Positions 25,480-38,734 of a stretch of 64,000 nucleotides of DNA are shown here, one piece after another. A program made the position numbers and the translations under genes. The DNA is from Chiloscyllium plagiosum (taxonomy: Eukaryota): positions 100,634,411 to 100,698,410 of the forward strand of contig NC_057718.1 of the NCBI RefSeq assembly GCF_004010195.1, read 5' to 3'. Position 1 is the first letter of the stretch. Each line of letters opens with the position of its first letter. A model generated the notes under the pieces. That model was not told the origin of the DNA, did no database searches, and worked only from the letters and a program-made list of their open reading frames with translations.

Positions 25480-28400
25480 ATATGGGTAGGAAAGATAGAC
25501 AGGATTTATGATTACTTGGAAAACCATAGTTTGATTAGAGATAGTCAGCATGGTTTTGAGAGGAGCAGGTCATGCCTCAAAAACCTTATTGAATTCTTCG
25601 ATGATGTGACAAAACACGCTGATGAAGGTAGAGCAGTGGATGTGGTATACATGAATTTTAGCAAGGCGTTTGATAAGGTTCCCCATGGTAGGCTCATTTA
25701 GAAAGTGAGGAGGAATAGGATACAGGGAGACCTGTCTGTCTGGATACAGAACTGGCTGGCCCATGGAAGACAGAGGGTGGTGGTAGATGGTAAGTATTCA
25801 GCCTAGATGTAGGTTTGCTCGTTGAGCTGGAAGGTTCTTTTTAAGACGTTTCATCACCATACTAAGTAACATCATCAGTGAGCCTCTGGCGAAGCACTGG
25901 TGTTATGACCTGCTTTCTATTTAGGTTTCCTTGGGATCCAGCATTCAGCCTGAAGCTCGGTGGTCAGTGGTGTTCCACAGGGATCAGTTCTGAGACCTCT
26001 GCTCTTTTTGATTTTTATAAATGACCTGGATGAGGAAGTGGAAGGGTGGGCTAGTAAATGTGCCGATGACACAGAGGTTGGTGGAGTTGTGGACAGTGTG
26101 GAGGACTGTTGTAGGTTGCAACGAGACATTCATAGGATGCAGAACTGGGCTGACAAGTGGCAGATGGAGTTCAACCTGGAAAAATTTGACATCATTCACT
26201 TTGGAAGGTTGAATTTGAATGCAGAATACAAGGTTAAAGGCAGGATTCTTGGCAGTCTGGAGTATAAATGTCCATAGATCCCTCAAATTTGCCACCCAGG
26301 TTGACAGGGTTGTTAAGAAGGTGTATGATGTGTTGGCTTTCATTAACAGGGGATTGAGTTTAAAAGCCACAGGGTTATGCTGCAGCTCTGGTTGTGTCCT
26401 GGTTAGACCACACTTGGAATATTGTGTTCAGTTCCGGTCGCCTCATTATAGGAAAGATGTGGAAGCTTTAGAGAGTGCAGAGGAGATTTACAAAGAAGCT
26501 GCCTGGACTGGAGAGCATATCTTATGGAAAAGCTTGAGGGACCTAGGACTTTTCTCATTCTCACACTCAGAGTCATTGAGATGTACAGCACAGAAACAGA
26601 CCTTTCAGTTCATCTCGTCCATGCCAACCAGACATTCTAACCTAATCTAGTCCCATTTGCCAGCACTTGGCCCAGATCCCTTTAAACCCTTCCTATTCAT
26701 ATATCCATCCAGACGCCTTTTAAATGCTGTAATTGTACTAGCCTCCATCATTTCCTCTGGCAGCTCTGTGAAAAAGCTGCCCCTTAGGTCCCTTTTATAT
26801 CTTTATCCTCTCACCCTAAACCTATGTCCTCCAGTTCTGGACTCCCCCACCCCAGAGAAAAGACCTTATCTATTAATCCTATCCATGCCCCTCATGATTT
26901 TATAAACCTATAAGGTCACCCCTCAGCCACCAACACTCCAGGGAAAACGGCCCCAGCCTATTCAACGTCGTCCTACAGCTCAAATCCTCCAAGCCTGGCA
27001 ACATCCTTGTAAATTTTTTCTGAACCCTTTCAAGTTTCACAACATCCTTCTGATAGGAAGGCCAGAATTGCATGCTATATTCCAAAAATGGCCCAACCAA
27101 TGTCCTGTACAGCCGCAAAGTGACCTCCCAACACCATATTCAATTCTCACTCACTCTTTCCTTAAAAAAAATGGTATTATGTTTGCGACTTTCCAAAAGT
27201 ATCCTGGCAGGTCTACTGGAGTTTATCAGCTTTGGAGCAAAGAAGAATGAGAGGTAACCTGATAGAAGTATACAAGATGTTGAGAGGCACAGATAAAGTG
27301 GATAGCCAGAGACTTTTTCCCATGGCAGAAATATCTATCACGAGGTAATTGGAGGAAGGGTTAGGGGAGATTTCAGCGGTCAGTTCTTTTGGATCAGAAA
27401 TTGACTAGCTTAAAGAAGACAGAGGGTAATGGTTGATTAGAAATGTTCATCCTGGAGCTCAGTTAGCAGTGGTGTGCTGCAAGGATCTGTTTTGGGACCA
27501 CTGCTGTTTGTCATTTTTATAAATGATCTGGACAAGGATGGGTTAGTAAATTTGCGGCTGACAGGAAGGTAGGCAGAGTTGTGGATAGTGTGAAAGGGTG
27601 TTGTGGGTTACAGAGAGACATAGATAAGATGCAGAGCTGAGCGGAGAAATGGCAAATGGAGTTAAAGGCGGAAAAGTGTGAGGTAGTTCACTTCAGAAGA
27701 ACTAACAGGAATACAGAGTACTGGGCTGACGGTGAAACGTTTGGCAGTGTAGATGAACAGAGATCTGTGTCCAGGTGCACAAATCCCTAAAAGTTGCCAC
27801 CCAAGTTGATAGGGTTGTTCAGAAGGCATATGATGTATTGGCATTTATTGGTAGGGAGATTGAGTTTCAGAGGCACGAGGTCATGCCTCAGCTGTACAAG
27901 ATACTGATAAGGCCACACCTGGGGTATTGTGTACAGTTCTGGTCATTATAGGAAGGATGTGGAAGCTTTGGAAAGGGTTCAGAGAAGATTTACTAGGATG
28001 TTGCCTAGTATGGAAGGAAGGTCTTATGAAGAAAGGCTGAGGGAACTGAGGCTGTTTTTGCTGGAGAGAAGAAAATTGAAAGGTGCTTAATCAGGGCTTT
28101 TAAGATAATCAGAGGGTTAGATAGGGTGGACAGTGAGAGCCTTTTCCTGGGATGGTGAAGGCGAACATGAGGGGACATAGCTTTAAATTGAGGGGTGATA
28201 GATCTTGGGGATAGGTTCTTTACTCAGAGTATAGGGGTGTGGAATGGCCTGCCTGCAACAGTAGTAGATTTGCTGATGTTAAGGGCATTTAAATGGGCAT
28301 TGGACATCCTTAGGGACAATAATGGAACGGTGTCGGTTAGATGGGCATCAGATTAGTTTCCCAGGTCGGCGCAACATCGAGAGCCGAAGGGCCTGTACTG

Positions 28401-28635
28401 CGCTGTAATGTTCAATGTTCTATGTTTACTCAGAGTGGTGGGTGCATGGAATGCATTGCCAGCAATGGTAATAGAGTCAGATACAGTAGGGACATATAAG
28501 CGACTCCTGGATAGGCATATGGAAGTTAGTACAATGAGGGGTATGTACATTAGCCTGATCTGACAGTAGGATAAAAGGCCAGCACAACATCGTGGGCCGA
28601 AGGGCCTGTACAGTGCTATACAGTTCTATATTATA
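25480..28635. mobile_element. CR1 patchwork: + copy 25480-26560, - copy 26570-27140, further + copies 27215-28635
   Basis: ORFs 25402, 25960, 26219 and 26900 carry CR1 RT motifs ([35 protein letters not shown]). Several 3' tails are present. Confidence 0.9.
25805..25939 (-). mobile_element. 135-bp Penelope-derived hammerhead-bearing insertion inside CR1
   Basis: TSD AG(T/C)ATTCAGCCT at 25793-25804 and 25940-25951. Minus-strand core CTGATGA-T-GTTACT-TAGTAT-GGTGAT-GAAA-CG-TC. Confidence 0.75.
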
Positions 28636-29242
28636 AAACAGTGGGCAATCTAGTCAATTATTATCGAATTATCCTACTCAAAAACCAAGAATAAATTACA
28701 CAATGCAAAAATAAATCTATTATGAGCAAGGAAAACATTGCTGTGCACCATCAACAAATTATGGACAGTTCTTAGCTGGCAACATTTGAAATGCACACAA
28801 CTGCAAAATGCTTGTCTGTAGAGGGCTGTCAAGACTGAATTGCTAAGTATATTAGACACTGAGCTAGGCAGATTTCCTATCATTAAATAATCAAGGGATT
28901 AAGACAGGAAAGGAGTTGAGAATTATCAGGTTAGCCATGATCCTATCGAATCACTGTGTAGCCTCAGTAGGCCGAATGGCCTCCTCCTGCTCCTGCATCC
29001 TATTGTCTTATTATGGAGATTACCCAATCTAAGCCATTACCTTGGAAAGCTTTATCACTCAGTTGTAACCAACTCTCAGAATCTACACCACATTACTAAG
29101 TCAGAATTTGGACCCAACGTTCCTTCTCGCACATTTCTGGTTGGGTGCAGGTAAGCTAGAAGGCATCCAAACAGTGCTTTGTATAACCCAAATCCACCTG
29201 GATGCTCAGTCCAATCGCATTCCCAGTTTCCGGGTACAGGCC

Positions 29243-30031
29243 TTGATTTCATTTCATTTATTTATTGTCACGTGTATTTTGGTACAAAAATACAGTATAA
29301 GGTACTGTACAGAATCCCTACTCTCCAGCACCACCTTAAAACACAGGAAACTAAACTAAAACATAGAAAACAAAGGCGGAAAAAAATAAAGGAAGTGTCT
29401 CCAACTTTACAGTCCTTCTTGTTAAGTGATCAGTCATGGGCCATGGGGCTGGTGGCCAGGTAGGAATCTCCTTTGCCGTGCCACTATCTGAATGAAAGTA
29501 GTCACTCTTCAGCACCTTCTCACCTCTACCGACACCCTAGCCACTATGAATTCTCACTGGACCTTGCCAAAGCAGATGCAACCATTGCCACCTAGTACCA
29601 CACTGACCCATACTCAACTCCACCGTTGCCATGAGTCCACTTGGGGCCCAGCTCACTAATGCAACAGCTGGAGATGCTATTAGGGCTTGTACTGGGCCTA
29701 AGTCACCTCTGCCACTGTCTCCTCGAATCTGCACTGGACGAAAATGCCATCAGGAAACCAAACTCGCCTCTAGTGCGGCAACCATCATTCTGCCTCAATG
29801 ATGCAGAGCTGGCAGAAACCCAAACTTGTCCCTGACGTCACTGCTACAAGTCCACACTGCTGGGCCGACGTGCTAATGCTGTCGCCGTGACCAAGCTCTT
29901 CACAAAGTAGTAAGTAAAACAAAATTTTTTATAAAAGGAAAAAATAGAGGAGAATAAAAGATAAGAAGCAAAAGAAAAGTGAGTGGAGCAGAGGAGCCCC
30001 AGACTCAGAGGCCCTACTACAGCCCCGTCTT
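29243..30031 (-). mobile_element. Putative non-autonomous non-LTR element
   Basis: On -, begins AAGACGGGGC, has a GC-rich non-coding body, and ends TACACGTGACAATAAATAAATGAAATGAAATCAA (Rex1/Babar-like tail). Confidence 0.45.
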
Positions 30032-30559
30032 AACTCACAACCAGTGTTCAGAGACCCCAACCCAATCTTTGTCCTGCTGGTACCATACAGGATAGTAATT
30101 TACCTTCTGATTTTCCAGGACCCACTCATATTCTGTGACTTAAATGGAGCTGGATGCAAAGTTTCTTTCAGGTACTTGTGCAGAAGTTATTCTGAGACCC
30201 AGAAAGATGCTAAGAGTGGGAAGTCACATAAGAGTAGTTTCACCTCCTTTCCTTGGCTGTCCAACACTCACCCAAACACTCAAGTTATATTCCTCGGAAA
30301 CCTCTCAACAACACTAAAGGGGTGAAAAACAGTTCACCAACATTACTTGGTTTTAATTTGAGGCCTGATGCACAGGTCTTTGTCAACGTCTCCCATTTTC
30401 TCAATTTCTATGGTGTGCTTTTCATTGCTGCAGCTGTTCGTAAGGTCGTTCTTTCTCTCGCCTTTAGTATTCCTTTCCATTTTCTCACTGAAGAAATAGG
30501 CATCAGTACTGACTCAGTCATATCATTGGTGCCCAAGTCAGAGGTTGGACAGCTCAAGC

Positions 30560-30885
30560 CTCATTCCAGAGAACTGAACATATGAAATCAAAACTGACAC
30601 TTTATGGCAGCAATAAAGGAGCTCCATAGTATCAGTGCTGTTGTCTTCAAAAATATTAAACTCTTCCTGGTGGAACATAAAAGATTCCATTGGAATATCG
30701 TGAAGAGGAGGAGGGAGATTTCATTGGCCAACCTTGAACCCACAAAAAAAAGTCAATGAAACCTATTATCTGGACATTTATCACACTACTCTTGGTGATA
30801 CCTTGATGTGCATTAGCTGTTTGTTGCCTTTCCCCACATTACTTCAAAACATACTTCATAAGTACTCAACATTTGGTGCAAATCT
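30560..30885 (+). mobile_element. Deu-domain SINE remnant (SacSINE1-like)
   Basis: ggtggaacataaaagattccattgg...gaagaggag...attatctggacatttatcacactactc...cttcaaaacatacttcat follows the Deu-core layout as remembered. Confidence 0.65.
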
Positions 30886-31584
30886 TTTCCATTGCCTCAG
30901 TCACATTTACATTCATAGTGGATATGGCTACAACCCAAACCTTGTCTGTTATTTTCCAAGATGATAATGGCAGCATTGTCCGTTTTTGCACCATGTTAAG
31001 AACTACTCGCCCAAACTGACCAGTTGAGAATTGATTCTTAAACAGAAATGGATTAAGTAATAAATACCAGAGATGGAGACCATAACAAAGTCTAAAATGC
31101 AAAATAAATATCTGGCACTTCTGTTTGGAAGTTCTTGATTATTTATAACACTTAATTCAATAAAGTCAAACTCCATTAGTTATTATCGTTGTAAATGTTT
31201 AAGCCACATTCTCATATTCTTGCACATGCAAACTTTAATAATGTCCCATCAACAAGAGATTCCTGAGCTGCACAAATTATTCAATGCCAGAGAATACATC
31301 CAGTACATAAACCTGAGGAATGGCAGTTTAGTATCAGATCCTTTCAGATCTTAATTCTCAATGCCCTGGATAACTAAATCAATATTTTGTTAAAATTTCT
31401 AGCAACAACTAATTGACTTCTCTTTTCAAAAAAAAAATGTTTTGTAACAATGGCAAAGGCTAATTGTTATTTGAACATAGGATAATATCTCATCACTGGA
31501 CCTAATTTTATTACTCATAGTCAGTACATGGTCCCTCACAGACTGGACAGCCTTATTCGGTCTATCCATGTTAACAATTTTTAT

Positions 31585-31885
31585 TCAAAAACAGAAATTG
31601 CTGGAAAAGCAATTCCTCAATATAGTTTGAGAAAGTTCTGAACAAGGATCACTCGATCCGAAATGTTAACACTGATTTATTTGCACAGATGCTGCCAGAC
31701 CTGCTGAGCTTTTATGCAATTTCTATTTTCGTTTCTGACTTACAGCATCCACAGTTCTTTTGGTCTTTTAACTGTTTTTATTCTTCCTTTCCTAAATTAA
31801 TTTTACTTGAGTTCCAAAGAAGAATTACTGGATTTGAAACGTTAATTCCATTTCTTTCTCCCCTAATGCGACCAGACCTGAGTTT
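31585..31885 (+). mobile_element. Penelope-derived short repeats (two degenerate hammerhead cores)
   Basis: AGTT-CTGAACA-A-GGATC-ACTC-GATCC-GAAA-TG-TT-AAC at 31634-31670, followed by cagatgctgccagacctgctgag. A second decayed copy starts near 31810. Confidence 0.7.
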
Positions 31886-31936
31886 CAAATTTTAAATCAA
31901 TACTGTTTATCATCATAGCAAAGCATCCACAATAAT

Positions 31937-32261
31937 TTAGATTAGATTAGATTAGATTACATTACAGTGTGGAAACAGGCCCTTCGGCCCAACAAGTCCA
32001 CACCGACCCGCCGAAGCGAAACCCACCCATACCCCTACATTTACCCCTTACCTAACACTACGGGCAATTTAGCATGGCCAGTTCACCTGACCCTACACAT
32101 CTTTTGGACTGTGGGAGGAAACCGGAGCACCCGGAGGAAACCCACGCAGACACGGGGAGAACGTGCAAACTCCACACAGTCAGTCACCTGAGGCGGGAAT
32201 TGAACCCGGGTCTCAGGCGCTGTGAGGCAGCAGTGCTAACCACTGTGCCACCGTGCCGCCC
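31937..32261 (-). mobile_element. HE1-type V-SINE, full length, young
   Basis: Complete head GGGCGGCACGGTGGCACAGTGG, V-domain and (TAATC)n tail. Near-identical to the copies at 19604 and 47442. Confidence 0.95.
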
Positions 32262-33249
32262 ACAATTTATTGGCAGCATTCTGGAGATTGATCGATCTTA
32301 TTATGAGACATCAGTGGTGAGAAAAAAAACACCCTGGATGGCGCATTTTCAAGAGGAAAATTTAAATAGTCAACCCAGTCATCTTTCTTTAAACTCATTA
32401 CCAGCAAAGGGCCAAAAATGATCTTTCCCTTATTTCAACTGGCATGGCCTTTGGCTGATGTTAGTATTGAAGTCCCATTCTCTGGATCACTTATTATGAA
32501 TTGCAATTCCCTCATATCTTTACACAATCTGATATTTCCTGAGCATCAAATAGAGACAAGTTTCATAATTCCTATCAGCTGCTCTTGAGCTTTGCGATCC
32601 TTTGCTCTTTCTGGAATTTATGCCGTGTCCAAGTGTTGGTGTATCTATTAGTTCATCAGTTACCATTCCAAAGGCCTCAGTCAAAGTTAAAAAGGCAGCA
32701 TTTCAGCATAAATAATGAAAGTTAGAAACCACAGACAGAGATGTTCATTCAAATAACACTGCCTTGTAGCTTTAATATCTGATACCTTTCATTTATTAAA
32801 ACAAGCAATATAGGATGAACACCTGAGAAAGTATTGTGTTTGGAGCTTTTGCTGGCATACACTGCCAGAGGGAAATTTGAGCATTTTAGAAGCTTACCCT
32901 GAGCCCACACATTAGATGGCAATTTTCAGTACTTGCTCTGCTATTTCTAATGTCACATCTTTTAAACTATGTTACAATTTAGGATTTTTTTTAAAAATTA
33001 TTTTGTGTCTAACGAATGCGTTCAAAAGAAGCTCATAGTCCAGGAATTGTAATTCCATTAATACAAGAGGAGACTTTTGCAGTTATCTGAAAGAATTCTG
33101 GTAAACGTTTTATATTTCATCTTCACCAAAACAAAAAGGAGAAATAGCAGTAAACACACAGCTTTCCTCTAATTTATTACAAGCAAAGGATCTAGAAAAT
33201 TCACCATAAATGCTATCTAGATAGTAAAAATCAATTTTTTTTACCATTT

Positions 33250-33470
33250 TAAAAAAATTCACAGGATGAGAGTGTCATTGGTTAGGCCAGCATTTATTGC
33301 CCATACCTAGATATCCAGAGGGCAGTTAAGAGTCAACCACATCGCTGTGGGTCTGGAGTCACATGTGGTCAGACCTGGTAAGGATGGCAGTGGCGGGATT
33401 CAAACTTCCGTCCCCAGACAATTGCCTGGGTCTATGGATTTATACTGTCCAGCGATAATATGACTAGGGT
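33250..33470 (-). mobile_element. tRNA-derived SINE (second family), internally deleted
   Basis: Shares gagggcagttaagagtcaaccaca...gggtctggagtcacatgt with 60645-60940 but lacks its roughly 120-bp middle. Confidence 0.7.
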
Positions 33471-34634
33471 CATGTTATAGTACTTTTAATATTTTACACT
33501 ATTACTTTTCATTTTAAGTTCAAAACCTTCCACTGCACAGCTTACAAACCTTTCTGGCCTTTGTAAATATTTGATTTATATTGATAATTGAAAGACGTAA
33601 CAGCGACAAAATGACTGTTTCAACCAGAGGTAGTGTAAACTGGGAACACACAGACACACAGCTTATTGGTACAACAAAGATCTCCATTGCTTACAGAAAA
33701 GGTGATCATTTATTTACTTTATGCACTGTAACTGCTGACATATATACAACTGGAGAGCAAATATCCAAACACGAGATAAATTAAGTCAGCTTTAATCAAG
33801 GTCATGAAGTGGAACATTGCTACATCTGGGCATTACGTCTGTTCGTGCCTTTCCTACTAACAATGTGTTGAAGTTGTTCAAAATTTTGTATAACCCTCTC
33901 ATGAAGTTTTGAAGGTGGTCGTTTGTCTAAAGGTCAAAATTTCATAAACTGCTCAAATGCAAGTAAGATTAATGATCATTCTAAGAATTAACTTCATCAT
34001 CAATGCACAATTCTTGTAACGTAATATATTATTTTTGTCACTGTGTGCTTTTCTTGTTCATGTCATTAAATTAGCAGCAAACACCCTTCTTATATTATCC
34101 AGAGTGTCTACCATATGGAGACATTTAACAATCACAGGACAGAGTGAATTTAGTACACAAAGCGAGAGATATGCGCTGTATCATCAAAACAATCTATCAT
34201 ATCTTTCATCATCGCTTTGATCTTTTATCAGTTCTCAACTGTGGCAGAATAGTTCACTTTAGAATTTCCTGCAATCTTAACAATTAAAAATGTTTTAAAA
34301 GTGGCAATGTGCCTGAATTGGAGTATTTACTTGGGGGTTAAGCAGAATTAAACCAAAAAATAATTTCTCAATACTTATTCCAAATGCTGTTGCTTCCTGG
34401 CAACTATTCAGTGCCAAAAGTAATAGACTGGGATAGTATGAGTCATTACTGTGTTTTCACAAGTAATTCTAAAACAGGTAAACAAAAAATTTTAAAGTAA
34501 CTATGCTGATCAGTAAAGTAGCAATTATGATCAAAACGATAAAGCTAAGAGCTCATAAACTACCCTTACATCCCCACCGCCTTGTTATCAATAAGAATTC
34601 TTTTCAAAAATAATGCACAGCATTTGGAAGACAA

Positions 34635-35140
34635 GATTAAGGAAGTGTTATACAATATTACAGAACTCTGGTAAGATCCCACCTGAGCACTGTGTACAGT
34701 TTTGGTCAATGAAGGTTTACTGGATTACTTCTGGGAATGATGGAATTGCACCATGAGAAAAGATGGAGTAGAATGGGCTAATGCTTCCAAGTTTATAAAA
34801 TTGAGAGGTGATTTCATTAAAATATACACTAATTTTTTTTTTTGGGGTGATATGCTATTTCCCAAGTAGACAGTCTAGATTTAGGAAGAGTTTTAGAACA
34901 AAGGTTTGACCATTTCAGATTGAGATAAGGAGAAATTTCTTCATTCAAAGAACTGTCAATCTTTGAAATTCTCTACCCAAGAAAGTTGTGCATGCTTGGT
35001 TGTTGAGTATACTCAAGACTAAGATCAAAAGATTTTTGGACTTGAAAGGATTGAACAGGAAGTGATGTTCAGGTTGAGGATCAGCTAAGGTTTTAATAAG
35101 CAGTGCGGCAGGCTTGAGGGGGCTTACTGCCAACTATAGT
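34635..35140 (+). mobile_element. Old CR1 3' remnant
   Basis: ctggtaagatcccacctgagcactgtgtacagttttggtc...aggagaaatttcttcattcaaag pattern. Confidence 0.7.
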
Positions 35141-35149
35141 TCATTTTTC

Positions 35150-35585
35150 TTACTTATTCGTCAAATAGGGCAATGTGCATCATTACAACCTTCTGGACTT
35201 CTTATTGAGTTCAAAACCTTCAGATTGTGAACTCACTCCCATTCTTCCATTTTAGCTTTACTTGTGGCGTTCTCTATTACCATATCCTGTCTCCCCTCCC
35301 CCCACTCCAGTGGGACCATCTGTTCTTTCTAGTTCTGCCATTCTTGCATACTGATCACTTAATCTGCACTACCAGCGCCCTTTCTTTCCCAACATTCTAA
35401 CAGCTGCCCCCAACTGCTGCATCAATGCTGTCCCTCCACACTTCACGTCAGCTCTGATGAATAGTCATCTAGGCTTGAAATGTTAGCTTGTTTCTTTCTC
35501 CACTGATGCTGCCTGACCCACTGTGGTTTCAGCATTTTTTTGTTTTCAGTACAGATTCCAGCTTCTGCGGTAATTTGCTCCTGCA
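35150..35585 (+). mobile_element. Penelope-like element 3' end: ORF C-terminus plus pseudo-LTR with a hammerhead core
   Basis: cattacaaccttctggactt...attgagttcaaaaccttcaga reads as LQPSGLxIEFxxFR (Penelope C-terminal motif). AGCT-CTGATGA...GAAA-TG-TT-AGCT at 35450-35488. Confidence 0.75.
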
Positions 35586-35974
35586 TCATTACAGTGAGCC
35601 AAAACAGCATGCTGCTGTGGATAGGATGAACATTAGGTCGAGTTCCCTTTTCAGATCCACCTTGGCGCCCAGGAGAAGACAGGATTGTGGAATAGAACAG
35701 AACTGATCTCAAATGCAATGCCCTCTCCTGAAGCCAATACCTTGCAGCCTCAAACATGAAGAATGGCCATTTGAATGGAATGGACCCATTTACACCCGAC
35801 AAGTTACTGTTTCAGAGACAAAGCTGAATCAAGTTGTTCAAAACAGGTCTGTTGTAACAACAACAATAAAAACAAATTCAAAGTGACGTAAATCTGCCAA
35901 TAGTATCTGTGAATTACAGTAACTGAGTGGGCTAATATCTCAGGTTGGTGGGTAAGAGCTCAAAGGTAGAAGAC

Positions 35975-37012
35975 AGAGGTTGGTGGTGTTTTTCAGACTG
36001 GAGGCCTGTGACCAGTGGTGTGCCACAAGGATCTGTGCTGGGTCCATTACTTTTCATAATTTATATAAATGATTTGGATGTGAGCATAAGAGTAAGTTTG
36101 CTGATGATACCAAAATTGGTGGTGTAGAGGACAGCGAAGAAGGTTACCTCCGATTACAACAGGATCTTGATCAGATGGGCCAATGGGCTGAGAAGTGGCA
36201 GATGGAGTTTAACTCAGATAAATGCGAGGTGCCGCATTTTGGGAAAGCAAATCTTAGCAGGACTTATACACTTAATGGTAAGGTCCTCGGGAATGTTGCT
36301 GAACGAAGAAACCTTGGAGTGCAGGTTCATAGTTCCTTGAAAGTGGCGTTGCAGATAGACAAGATAGTGATGAAGGCTTTTGGTATGCTTTCCTTTCTTG
36401 GTCAGAGTATTGAGTACAGGGGTTGGGAGGTCATGTTGTGGCTGTACAGGACATTGGTTAGGCCACTTTTGGAATATTGCGTGCAATTCTGGTCTCCTTC
36501 CTATTAGAAAGATATTGTGAAACTTGGAAGGGTTCAGAAAAGACTTACAAGGATGTTGCCAGGGTTGGAGGATTTGAGCTATAGGAAGAGGGTTGAATAG
36601 GCTAGGACTGTTTTTCCCTGGAGGGTCAGAGGCTGAGGGGTGACATTATAGAGATTTATAAAATCATATGGGGCATGGATAGGATAAATAGACAAAGTCT
36701 TTTCCTTGGGGTGGGGAGTCCAGAAGGGCATAGGTTTAGGGTGAGAGGGGAAAGATATAAAAAAAAAGAGACCTAAGGGGCAACTTTTTCACGCAGAGGA
36801 TGGTGCACGTAAGGAATGAGCTGCCAGAGAAAGTGGTGGAGGCTAGTACAACCTCAACATTTAAAAGGCATTTGGATGGGGATATAAATAGGAAGGGTTT
36901 GGAGGGATATGGGCTGGGTGCTGGCAGGTGGGACTAGATTGAATTGGGATATCTTGTCATGGACGAGTTGGACCGAAGGGTGTGTTTCTGTGCTGTACAT
37001 CTCTCTGACTAA
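35975..37012 (+). mobile_element. 5'-truncated CR1 (HER1-like) LINE, relatively young
   Basis: ORFs 35945 and 36175 give [21 protein letters not shown] and RPLLEYCVQFWSP. Complete 3' UTR. Confidence 0.92.
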
Positions 37013-37419
37013 GCGACGATTGGAGGGCTGAGCACTGAGTGATTGTGAGCTGCTTTTTTATGGTTGGGGTGGCACAAAGCTACAATAATCCCTGCACTGC
37101 TGCACTTGCAGACATCATCTCTTATGATTACTGAGCAACATTAGCAGACGTGTGGGAATGAGTGCACTGCCAGGCAGTCAAGTATGACATTGCTTTTATA
37201 TGATCTACTGAAATTGAGGTTAAACATTCTATTCATAAGCACTGCTTGTGGTATTACTCACAGTGGGAAACTACAGCATGAATTGGGTTTAAGTAGTCAA
37301 TATTAGAAGTAGATATATATCTGATTTAGGGACAGCACTTCTTTGGATGGCAGGGCAGTTGATGGTCACAGGTGACGTCAATGCTGAACAAGTCAGATCC
37401 CAGATCACAAGTCAGTGAA

Positions 37420-37520
37420 GGGTTCTTGTGGTGCAGTGATAATGTGTCTACTGCTGGGCCAGAAGACCTGGATTCAAGTCCCATCTGCCCAAGACGTGTC
37501 TAAAAAGATTGATATCTAAA
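37420..37520 (+). mobile_element. Short tRNA-derived SINE head
   Basis: gtggtgcagtg (A box)...ggattcaagtccc (B box). Related heads occur on - in tandem at 57410-57590. Confidence 0.55.
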
Positions 37521-38734
37521 AATAAAATTCCATTGTGAAATCTGGCTTGCTGGATCAATGAGTTATCTGTTACTTTTGTTTACTGTGCAGGTCAATCACT
37601 GAATGTCCTCACAAGAGGTTGCCAATGTACTTCTAACAAAAGACTATAAATGATCATAATACGAAAGAAAAGTAAGAACTATGTTACACTAGACATGAAC
37701 TATTTGAAACAATTTCATTATAAATATCAGAAAGGTTCAATCCTTTGTGACCCTGAGGGATCTGCACATTTCAGTTCCAAGTATTATTATTGGTTCCATT
37801 CTGCTGGGTAAACCATTGTTTAAAAAAAAGTGACAAAATTCGTTACGCACTTTTTAAAAAATATGCACGGCATTGCTTATCCTTCATCCTTCTCAGATTG
37901 TTTAGCAAGGACAGCCAAAGCATTAAAAGTCTGCCAACTATTAACTTTTGGGATTTAGAAATCAATGATGTTTCAGATACAACATGTGTGCTAAAACCAC
38001 AGACTAACATATTACGACATTTAAAACCTAAAACTAAATAAAGTGAAACTATGCTCTCTCCAGAGATATTTATTTGGTTAATGATATCCACTTTATCCCT
38101 GGGGGTTGAAACTGTTGTTATTTTCTTGAGAAAAGCACATGGGTGAAACATATGGCTTGTGATCAAGACCTCAGATCTCTGATTAGATTCTCATGAAGGC
38201 TTGCCTTGAATCAAAAGCAGTTATTGAACTACATCTGGAGTACTCAATTAACTTCAATAAGGCAGGACACAATCTTCAAATTTTCTACCCTTTTGAAAAT
38301 GCACCTGTCGAGTTAAATAAACTTCACACCGATTGTTTAGCCTCCCCATACTACAACAAACTGCGTAGAAGTAAAAGTATATCTGCAGGACAGCAAGCAG
38401 CAATACACGATTAAAATCTTATGTATGCAGACGTGGTCCTCAGTGGAAGTTTTACATTGTGTGTACACAAACAGGTGCAGTAAAGCTTTTTCTCCCCAAG
38501 TCTTTTTGTTGTAGAACCAGAATGTCTGCATAGCTGAAGAAAAAAAGTCAAATTCAACCCATTTGCATTCAAATAGTAAGATCTGTAGTCATGATGACAC
38601 CTGCTGGCTGAAGGAGGAGTTTTCTTTAAAATCCACAGAAACTACTGGAAAAGCTTCAAACATAGAATTCATCTTATCTTCCACTGCAAGGAAAAATCAA
38701 TGCATCCAACATGACAGGATAAAGAACACTTAAA

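Noticed and set aside
30340..30575. Purine-rich minus-strand stretch resembling an extra ESF1 exon (…EKMERNTKGERKNDL…)
   Set aside because: It runs into stop codons and has no ESF1 similarity. The flanking exons 46943 and 24811 already join in frame (WVP-G-LKE), as in other vertebrates.
31967..32421. ORFs of 74 and 115 aa (and the similar one at 47424-47729)
   Set aside because: They are chance reading frames through HE1 SINE sequence.
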